Assembly (NCBI GenBank): GCA_963796105.1 | Contig: CAWCKJ010000004.1 | Location: 1,216,001-1,280,000 of the forward strand | Length of the DNA: 64,000 bases | Direction of reading: 5' to 3' | From: a candidate division FCPU426 bacterium | Lineage (GTDB): Bacteria; Oederibacteriota; Muellerivitia; Muellerivitales; Muellerivitaceae | Part shown: positions 43,804-51,547 of the stretch, piece after piece | How positions within the stretch are numbered: the first letter of the stretch is position 1 | How the letters are laid out: every line of letters starts with the position of its first letter | The notes under the pieces: model-generated | What the model was told of the DNA's origin: nothing | The model's database searches: none | What the model saw: the letters and a program-made list of their open reading frames with translations, nothing else | Made by a program: the position numbers and the translations under genes

Positions 43804-44838
43804 TCAATTGCTTGTTCCATTGCCCCAAGGATTGAAATCCATCCCCTCCGGCAGGACTGGCTTAAGTTTCTTTTGGAATGCCTCAATCATTATATCCTCG
43901 AACTTTTCCTCGGCTGTCCTCTTTGTTTTTCCCGTTTGCTCCATCCAGGCGAACTGTCTGCGCCAGGTTTCCACCAACGGCACCGTGGTCTTGAATCCCA
44001 GGTCCCGCTTGGCCTTGGTGTTGTCGAATATGGAGGGGTACCGGTAGATGAATTTCACCCCCACGCTTCTGCGGGGAGCCTGATCGTAAAGCCAGTCGGC
44101 GGGGACGTGAACCGGGTTGAATTTGCCTCCCGCTGCGTCGGCCATGGCCTGGTAAACCCCGTCCCAGGTGGTGTGCTCGTCGCTGGTGGCGTGGTAGGCC
44201 TGGCCGTAGGCCTTGGGATTCAGGAGGGAATTTACGAAGGCGCGGCCCACGTCGGAGACATGCGCCACGGCCCAGGCGGATTTGCCGTCACCCATGACGA
44301 TGACGGGGAGGCCCTCTTTCAAGCGGTTGGGAAGGCTGTTGTCAAAAAGAAGGCCCGGGTATTCTGCGCCCTCGCCGGTCGTATAGGAGGGCCGGATGAC
44401 GGTGGTTTGAAGACCGTCCTTGCCGTTGGCGGAAAGCAGGATGGACTCGATTTTGGACTTGTTCTTTCCATACTCGCCGACGGGCCGGTGGGGCTCGTTG
44501 TCGTCGGCTGGAAGTTTGGTCATGGGCCCGCCGTACACGCAGACGGTGGAGCAGACCACGATTTGCTTCACCCGGCCCTTGAAGGCCCGAAGGACCGACT
44601 CGGCGTTTTCCGGCGCGAAGGCCACCATATCGATCACCGCGTCCGCCTTCACGTCCCTCATTTGGCTCTCGAAAGCGGGATAGTCCCAGCGGTTGCCCTT
44701 GATTTCCTTGACGGTCTTGGGGATGCGCCAGGGCGTGACGCCCCGGTTATAGACAGTCACTTCGTCGCCCCGCTCCACCAGCTGGTTGACGATGGCGGTG
44801 GAGATGAGGCCAGTGCCGCCGATGATTAGAACTTTCAT
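43804..44838 (-). CDS. NAD-dependent epimerase/dehydratase family protein
   Basis: MKVLIIGGTGLIS Rossmann motif, YGKNK (YxxxK); GGAGG RBS before ATG 44838. Confidence 0.88.
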   Translation of the reverse strand: MKVLIIGGTGLISTAIVNQLVERGDEVTVYNRGVTPWRIPKTVKEIKGNRWDYPAFESQMRDVKADAVIDMVAFAPENAESVLRAFKGRVKQIVVCSTVCVYGGPMTKLPADDNEPHRPVGEYGKNKSKIESILLSANGKDGLQTTVIRPSYTTGEGAEYPGLLFDNSLPNRLKEGLPVIVMGDGKSAWAVAHVSDVGRAFVNSLLNPKAYGQAYHATSDEHTTWDGVYQAMADAAGGKFNPVHVPADWLYDQAPRRSVGVKFIYRYPSIFDNTKAKRDLGFKTTVPLVETWRRQFAWMEQTGKTKRTAEEKFEDIMIEAFQKKLKPVLPEGMDFNPWGNGTSN

Positions 44839-44940
44839 AAATCCTCCGAAGAGTGGATTGATAAACACTAAAGCGATTTAGACGGTTAGTAGTTTAATGG
44901 AGAGAGAACCCTATCAGGAAATTAATCAAACTAAGCGGGT

Positions 44941-46261
44941 CACTAGTGTCCGGTTAAAAACGTAATAAAGACAACTGGTTTTCGGGGGTGAAGGATTCAG
45001 AGATGTAAGCTTAGTCTGAAAACACTTCTAGTATATGGGCTTTCTCAAAAAGCGAGATGCTCAAAATCTGTAGAATTGTGTAGGGGCTCTGGGAGAGCCC
45101 GAGTCTTTTCTTGACGATGGCAACCAGAACATAAACGCAAATGGCCGTCCAAATTTGGGTTTTGACGGCGTTGGGAGAATTGCCGAAGAAGGCCTTGATA
45201 CGAAGGTGTTGCTTGATCCACTTGAAGAAAAGCTCCACCTGCCATCTGGATTTGTAAAGCTGAGCAATGGTCAAGGCAGGAAGAGAGAAATTGTTGGTGA
45301 GGAAAACTAGATATTTGGAAGTGATGGGATCGATGAAGCCGATACGGCGCAGAGGGAGTGGATATTCCCGGAACTTATTTGGGCCGGCCAAGACCACGGT
45401 CTGATCGAAACGGAGGCCTGAGGACTTGTCCACGGGATTTGAATAGCGACGGTAAAAGTTGAAGTTGGACTTGGCCCGTATGACAAAGAAAGCCAGACTT
45501 TCGGTGAAGCGTAAAAGGCGGGCGAAGTCGGTATAGCCACGATCCATGATATAAAAAGAACCTGCTTCGATGGGGAGAACATCGAGTAGTTGGACGTCAT
45601 GCGTGGAAGCATTGGAAATACAGACGAAAATGGGAATGTTTCCCCGAAGTGAAAGAGGGGTGTGGAGTTTGATACCGGACTTGGTAGACCGAAAGCCGGC
45701 CCATGGAAAGAGAGACATGCAAAGATCGATGGTGGTGGAATCAAAGGCATAGGCTGTTTGGTTTAATTCGACGCCAAAATCATCCCCGGCGTAAAGGGGT
45801 TGAGCTATATGAATGAGAACTTGGGCGAAGTCCAAAAAAATGCGCCAGTCTCGGTTTTGGTTGGCGTCCGCGAGAGTGGTTCTTGCGATTTTTCCACGGA
45901 TGCCCATGCGATAAAGCTTGGCTTTGAAGGAACCCAAGCAAGCCTGGATGTCTCGGAGGCTTTCCCTGTAGGTTAGTTGTGCGAAAGCCATACAGAGGAA
46001 TTGATCCAAGCAGGAGAAACTTCGGACTCGGAAGTTACCGCGATAGCGATTGACACATTTTTGGAATTCATGACGGGGTAAGAAATCCATCAACTGGGCG
46101 AAAACGGTACGGCCTGGGTTCATGGAAACCATCCTTTACGGGGAGTAAAGGACGGTTATAGGGGGTTTCAAATTGAAATCGAAAAAGGACGATTGGGGCT
46201 TAAAAACATTGTGGGGAAAAGGTTTCAGAGCTTCTGTCAGTTCCTTAACCGGACACTAGTG
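44941..46261 (-). mobile_element. IS4-family insertion sequence (1321 bp)
   Basis: Perfect 17-bp TIR CACTAGTGTCCGGTTAA enclosing a transposase. Confidence 0.92.
45011..46132 (-). CDS. IS4-family DDE transposase (DUF4372 N-terminus)
   Basis: FSCLDQFLCMAFAQL, DSTTIDLC, MDRGY, YKSRWQVELFFKWIKQHL. Confidence 0.95.
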   Translation of the reverse strand: MVSMNPGRTVFAQLMDFLPRHEFQKCVNRYRGNFRVRSFSCLDQFLCMAFAQLTYRESLRDIQACLGSFKAKLYRMGIRGKIARTTLADANQNRDWRIFLDFAQVLIHIAQPLYAGDDFGVELNQTAYAFDSTTIDLCMSLFPWAGFRSTKSGIKLHTPLSLRGNIPIFVCISNASTHDVQLLDVLPIEAGSFYIMDRGYTDFARLLRFTESLAFFVIRAKSNFNFYRRYSNPVDKSSGLRFDQTVVLAGPNKFREYPLPLRRIGFIDPITSKYLVFLTNNFSLPALTIAQLYKSRWQVELFFKWIKQHLRIKAFFGNSPNAVKTQIWTAICVYVLVAIVKKRLGLSQSPYTILQILSISLFEKAHILEVFSD

Positions 46262-46277
46262 ATAAAATATATGTAAT

Positions 46278-47689
46278 CACTCTTGTCCTAAATAAAGGCC
46301 TAAAAAAAGACGCCTCCGATTGAAGTAGAATTGGGTTTGATGACAGCCCAAAGCAACGGTTACCAGCCGTCGCTACTTCAAACATACGGAGGCGCTTTTT
46401 TATGGTACCACCAACCAGTCTATTTGCCCAAGTGTTGAAACTCGTAGACCGAACCGCTTTTGAGCGAATCGTGCGAGAGATTGAAGCCGAAAAGCACTCC
46501 AAGGGATTCAGTTGCTGGGATCAGTTTGTTTCCATGCTTTTCTGCCAGATGGGAGCAGCCCATTCCTTGAGGGAAATCTGTGGCGGCCTCAGTACGGCCC
46601 TTGGGAAATTGACCCACTTGGGTCTTTGCAAAGCTCCCACTAAATCCACCTTGGCCTATGCCAACACCAAGCGTTCTTGGCGGGTTCAACAAAAGCTTTT
46701 TTACCATTTATTATCGAAGTGCCAGTTGTTGGCGGCCACCTCAAAAAGAAAATTCAGGTTTAAAAATCCTCTTTATAGCCTGGATTCCAGCACCATCGAC
46801 CTTTGTTTGTCAGTGTTCGACTGGGCGAAATTCCGTAGAACCAAAGGGGCCATCAAACTCCATCTTCTGCTGGACCATCAGGGGTACTTGCCCTGCTGGG
46901 GACTCGTAACGGAGGGAGGCACGCATGACGTGAAGGTGGCCCAAAAGCTCGATTTTCCAGTGGATTCAATCGTGGTGATGGATCGGGGGTATGTGGATTT
47001 CTTTCTTCTGGCCCGATGGACATTCCAAGGCGTGTGGTGGGTGACCCGGGCCAAGATCAACATGGCCTACGAGGTGGTGAAAAGCCTGACGGTTCCGAAA
47101 ACGGGCAACGTCCTGAAGGACCAGGTGATACGGTTGACGACGTTTCGGTCACATGAAGCCTACCCTAAAGAGATGCGACGGGTGGTGGTATGGGACGAAG
47201 ACCAGAAGCGGGAGTTGGTGTTCCTGACCAACCACATGGGTTTTGCCGCCTCGACGGTGGGTGCCATTTACAAGGAACGTTGGCAGATCGAGTTGTTTTT
47301 CAAGGCTCTCAAGCAGAACCTCCGGGTAAAAACTTTTGTGGGTACCACTGAGAATGCCGTTCAGACGCAGATTTGGACAGCATTGATTGCCATGCTACTG
47401 TTGAAGTTCCTTCAATTGAAGAGCCGGATCGCCTGGAGTTTATCCCACTTGGCTGCCATGCTACGGATGAACCTGTTGACCTATCGTGATTTGTGGGCCT
47501 GGTTGGATGCACCGTTCCTAGTGGCGAGACTGGAACCCTTGGAAAAGCAGATGGAATTAATACATTCTTAATTTGGACAGCATCAGGACGAAAGAGGGGG
47601 GCTTATCCCAGAAAATTCACGAGCCTGTCCTAAATCGCTTGTTTTCCTGGGAGGTTCAAAGACAAATAGGTTTATCTAGGACAGCAGTG
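46278..47689 (+). mobile_element. Second IS4-family insertion sequence (1412 bp) with 9-bp TSD ATATGTAAT
   Basis: TIR CACTCTTGTCCTAAATAAA / CACTGCTGTCCTAGATAAA; TSD at 46269-46277 and 47690-47698. Confidence 0.92.
46402..47571 (+). CDS. IS4-family DDE transposase
   Basis: FSCWDQFVSMLFCQ, DSSTIDLC, MDRGY, YKERWQIELFFKALKQNL. Confidence 0.95.
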   Translation: MVPPTSLFAQVLKLVDRTAFERIVREIEAEKHSKGFSCWDQFVSMLFCQMGAAHSLREICGGLSTALGKLTHLGLCKAPTKSTLAYANTKRSWRVQQKLFYHLLSKCQLLAATSKRKFRFKNPLYSLDSSTIDLCLSVFDWAKFRRTKGAIKLHLLLDHQGYLPCWGLVTEGGTHDVKVAQKLDFPVDSIVVMDRGYVDFFLLARWTFQGVWWVTRAKINMAYEVVKSLTVPKTGNVLKDQVIRLTTFRSHEAYPKEMRRVVVWDEDQKRELVFLTNHMGFAASTVGAIYKERWQIELFFKALKQNLRVKTFVGTTENAVQTQIWTALIAMLLLKFLQLKSRIAWSLSHLAAMLRMNLLTYRDLWAWLDAPFLVARLEPLEKQMELIHS

Positions 47690-47796
47690 ATATGTAATAA
47701 AAACAGTATTAGGTCGTCTATAAAGTAGAAGATGTGATCAATAATTATTAGCCTTATGACACATTTTCGGATTGCCGATCTGGTTCGGAGGCAAGT

Positions 47797-49434
47797 ATGA
47801 TTCAAAAATTAGTTCTGCAAACGCTAACTATTCTGGTTTTGTCGGTTTTTACCATTATGGCTGGATGTTCCAGAAATATTAGTACCCCTTCCATGCCAAA
47901 GCAGTCTGATACTTGTACCCCTACAATTACGCCAACGGAATATTACCTAACAAATACAGCTACCCTCTCAGCTACTGGCACCCCTTCCTCAACCCCAACA
48001 TCAACACTCATAATTCCCACAAATACATTTACTTTCTCATCTACACCTACAGATACACCAACCAATACCCCTGTGTTCACATTTACAAATACGCCTATCT
48101 TTACTGGTACTCCCACATCAACTGAAACTCTTTCGTGGACTTATACAACAACTCCAACTGATACGTCATCGAATACTCAAACGCCAACCATTTCTTATAC
48201 CTACACTTTCACCACAACAGAGACTTTGACTTGTACAATCACATTGACACCGACAGAAACTCCAACGTCAACTTCAACACCGACAATTATTACTTCCACT
48301 TTTACATTCTCATCTACCCCGACTGATACTCTAACGCCAACAGACACCCCCACAATTACCATTACTTCGACACCTACTTATTCAGCCACGTTCACCAACA
48401 GTCCTACGCCTTGGCCAACGGGTGTTCCAACCTATACCTCCACAGACACACTTACGGTTACTCCGACTGTGACTTCAACGTCTACTCTTTGTCCGACAAA
48501 TGGGGGTGTGGTTTCAACCTTAGCGGGACAATATCTAGGGTTCCAAAATGGAACAGGAACCGCCGCATGGTTCAATGCTCCTCTCGGAGTTGCTGTTGAC
48601 TCTACAGGTAATATTTATGTAGCTGATAGCAACAACAACATGATACGGGAAATCGGCCCTGGTGGTGTGGTCTCTACATTTGCGGGTCAAGCTGGGGTTA
48701 CTGGATCAACAAATGGTCCGGCGTCAATTACTTCGTTCAATAACCCTTTAGGAGTTGCAGTTGATTCATCGGGGAATATTTTCGTAACAGATAGTGGCAA
48801 TAATCTGATACGTAAAATAAGTCCTGAGGGTGTGGTGACATCTTTTGCCCATGTTGGTAATTTATGCGCTGGTATCGCGGTTGATTCATCCGGAAATGTT
48901 TACGTTACAGAAGAAAATGGTGACGCAATCGACAAAATTACCCCTGGGGGTGTTGTAACGACTCTGGCGGGTTCTCGTGGCCATCATGGGTCAGCCAACG
49001 GAACGGGAACAGCCGCATCATTCAATCAGCCTATGGGAGTCGCAGCCGATTCCTCAGGAAATGTTTACGTGGCTGATGCAGGTAACAACCTGATCCGAGA
49101 AATTAGTCCTGGAGGCGTGGTTACAACTTTAGCTGGGTCTGGGGCTTTTGGGTCCACAAATGGAACAGGGACCGCCGCTTCGTTTGCTAGCCCAGAAGGA
49201 GTTGCGGTCGATTTTTGTGGTAATGTTTATGTGTGTGATTCAAGCAATAATCTGATTCGTGAAATTACACCTAGTGGTGAAGTATCGACCCTAGCAGGAT
49301 CTGGATCACTTGGAACCGCAAACGGGACAGGATCCGCCGCGTCTTTCGGTGGACCTTGGGGAATCGTGGTTAATTCTTCCGAAACTATTTATGTCGCGGA
49401 TACGAACAACGAGTTGATCCGGGAAATTCAATAA
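47797..49434 (+). CDS. Lipoprotein with Thr-X linker and NHL-repeat beta-propeller
   Basis: Lipobox MAGC; Thr-rich stalk; repeated FN.P.GVAVDSSGN.YV.D..NN.IR.I; visibly AT-richer than the island genes. Confidence 0.85.
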   Translation: MIQKLVLQTLTILVLSVFTIMAGCSRNISTPSMPKQSDTCTPTITPTEYYLTNTATLSATGTPSSTPTSTLIIPTNTFTFSSTPTDTPTNTPVFTFTNTPIFTGTPTSTETLSWTYTTTPTDTSSNTQTPTISYTYTFTTTETLTCTITLTPTETPTSTSTPTIITSTFTFSSTPTDTLTPTDTPTITITSTPTYSATFTNSPTPWPTGVPTYTSTDTLTVTPTVTSTSTLCPTNGGVVSTLAGQYLGFQNGTGTAAWFNAPLGVAVDSTGNIYVADSNNNMIREIGPGGVVSTFAGQAGVTGSTNGPASITSFNNPLGVAVDSSGNIFVTDSGNNLIRKISPEGVVTSFAHVGNLCAGIAVDSSGNVYVTEENGDAIDKITPGGVVTTLAGSRGHHGSANGTGTAASFNQPMGVAADSSGNVYVADAGNNLIREISPGGVVTTLAGSGAFGSTNGTGTAASFASPEGVAVDFCGNVYVCDSSNNLIREITPSGEVSTLAGSGSLGTANGTGSAASFGGPWGIVVNSSETIYVADTNNELIREIQ

Positions 49435-49456
49435 TCTCAATGGTCATCCTGGAACA

Positions 49457-49499
49457 AATGGGTCAGACACCAAGCCCCCAGCTTGGTGTAGGGACCATT
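49457..49499. repeat. REP-like hairpin / possible terminator
   Basis: AATGGGTCAGACACCAAGC-CCCCA-GCTTGGTGTAGGGACCATT. Confidence 0.5.
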
Positions 49500-49894
49500 C
49501 ATCACTTTAGGCCATTAAGTCATTTCATCCCCGACGCCCACCTTTGAAGTTCCCGCATATCAATTGCATTCCAATTGGTCGGGTAATTCTCCCGACACTA
49601 CAAATGGTTTATGGAAAGCTATTCGTAAGGCCATTTGCAAGCCATTACCAACCGTCACCAATCAACTTGTACCAACTGCTTATGGCAGTTGATACAACCA
49701 AATCTTGCCGTTCGCCGTGTGGGCTCACGGCAGGTGTGGTTGATTGGTGGGTAAATACACTTCCGTTCTTTCAACAAACGTAATTCAGGCCCTTTTTTTC
49801 TCCCCCTTTTAAAATTACCCATATTGGCCCTCTACACGTATGGGTGGAGTCTCCAATTTGCAGATACGGTGGCCCTTTTCGCAGATGACTGAAA

Positions 49895-50026
49895 TCCTGC
49901 CTGCGGATGCCGGGGGTCCTGCCCGCAGGTGTCGGTGGTCCTGCCCGCAGGTTCCGGTAGTCCTGCCCGCAGGTTCCGGTTGTCCTGCCCGCAGGTGTCG
50001 GTGGTCCTGCCCGCAGGTGGCGGGGG
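49895..50026. repeat. Six tandem 22-bp units containing palindrome CCTGCCCGCAGG
   Basis: Units start at 49895 (degenerate), 49917, 49939, 49961, 49983, 50005. Confidence 0.9.
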
Positions 50027-50114
50027 TCGCCTACCGGCATGGGGGTTACAGCCATCCGTTGCCGTGATTTCCACCATCCAGTGTCGTGGTTTCCACCATC
50101 CGGGGTCGGGTTAG

Positions 50115-50396
50115 AACCCGGAACCCAGTACAACCCAATATTAGGATTCCTCAACTCAGTTCCAAAGCAGGGAACCAGTTCCACGGAGGTCCTCAACCCA
50201 GTATGGGAACTCAACCCAGTATTGGAGGCTAGCAACCCAGTACAACCCAGTATGGGGACTCAACCCAGTACAACCCAGTATGGGGGGCTCAACCCAGTAT
50301 GGGGGGCTCAACCCAGTACAACCCAGTATGAGAGGGCTCAACCCAGTATTGGAGGCATCAACCCAGTACAACCCAGTATGAGGGCTCAACCCAGTT
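50115..50396. repeat. Array of CAACCCAGT nonamers (13 exact copies at 50194-50395 plus degenerate copies)
   Basis: Start-to-start spacings of 10 or 18-21 bp. Confidence 0.9.
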
Positions 50397-50482
50397 CCAG
50401 AGGATAAACCACCCACATTTCCGTCGTCCGGGGCCAGAGTTTTCGTTGGTCGAAGCCGAATTTCCGTTGGCCGCGAGAAACA

Positions 50483-51232
50483 GGGGTCAGGCCACACGCT
50501 CCGCAGCGTGTGGCAGTGATCATTCATCACTTTACTGTCCGCGTCACAACCGCGCAGGACATTTGTACCAGGGGCGTTATAAGGCGATTTTGGTCCATAA
50601 GGATAGTTATTTAAAGGAATTATGCAGGTATGTGGTCTTGAATCCGGTCCGGGCCAAGATGATCAAGCATCCGAAGGAATGGAAATGGAGCAGTTACCGG
50701 GCTACGGCAGGTTATGAGACCGAGCCGGAATGGGTGGAAAATAAATGGCTTTTGGAACAGTTTGGAAAAGTGAAACATAAGGCGCAGGGTTTGTATCGGA
50801 AATTCGTGTTGGAAGGCTTGAGGAAGAAAGAGAGCCCATGGGAGCAAGTAACATCGCAGATCATATTGGGGGGGAAAAGTTTTGAGGAGCACATTAAAGG
50901 GAAGATTAGGGGGAAGCATCACCATGAGGCGCACAGGGAACAACAGAAATTGGGCTTGCCGGATGCCGAGGAAACGCTGAAAAAGATCGGGAAAATGCAT
51001 GGGATTATGGTGAAAGATATGGTGGTTCCGACCCGGCAGAAAAACGAAGGGCGGGAAGCGGCGGTATGGGCCTTGCGCCAGATATGCCGATTAAGTTTAG
51101 GGGAAGTGGCTAAGAAGATGGGGGTAAAATACTCCGCGGTAAGCCATGCGGTGGCAAGGATGAAGAAACGCATTCGTGAGGAAAAGGGTCTTGAGGAAAA
51201 GATTCGTAATGCCGTTTTCAAGACCTGAACCT
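50483..51232 (+). pseudogene. 5'-truncated RAYT/Y1 (IS200-like) tyrosine transposase with C-terminal HTH
   Basis: RHNRAGHLYQGRYKAILV, RYVVLNPVRA, WKWSSY retained; N-terminal HUH region missing; ends GGGGTCAGG ... TCAAGACCTGAACC. Confidence 0.8.
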
Positions 51233-51244
51233 TATTTTCCATTA

Positions 51245-51499
51245 CAAGCAGGAGAAACTTCGGACTCGGAAGTTACCGCGATAGCGATTGACACATTTTT
51301 GGAATTCATGACGGGGTAAGAAATCCATCAACTGGGCGAAAACGGTACGGCCTGGGTTCATGGAAACCATCCTTTACGGGGAGTAAAGGACGGTTATAGG
51401 GGGTTTCAAATTGAAATCGAAAAAGGACGATTGGGGCTTAAAAACATTGTGGGGAAAAGGTTTCAGAGCTTCTGTCAGTTCCTTAACCGGACACTAGTG
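51245..51499 (-). mobile_element. 255-bp terminal fragment of the 44941..46261 IS
   Basis: Matches 46007-46261 including the TIR. Confidence 0.93.
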
Positions 51500-51547
51500 T
51501 AAGCGGGTATTTGTAAGAAAGCCCTTTCATCGTCCTTAACTTTGTTT

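Larger units (their letters stand above)
44941..51499. mobile_element. Composite IS4-family element/cointegrate flanked by 9-bp TSD TAAGCGGGT
   Basis: TAAGCGGGT at 44932-44940 and 51500-51508; outer ends are the inverted repeat CACTAGTGTCCGGTTAA. Confidence 0.8.

Noticed and set aside
43783..44829. 348-aa plus-strand ORF
   Set aside because: Antisense to a clear epimerase gene with no recognisable motifs; the same applies to 3917..5011 and 40621..41976
49895..50396. Possible CRISPR arrays
   Set aside because: Constant parts are only 9-14 bp, the spacers are 1-12 bp and recurrent, and no cas genes are present
49544..50530. Short ORFs across the repeat arrays
   Set aside because: Repeat periods (22; 10/18-21 bp) mostly do not preserve frame, and there is no RBS or motif support
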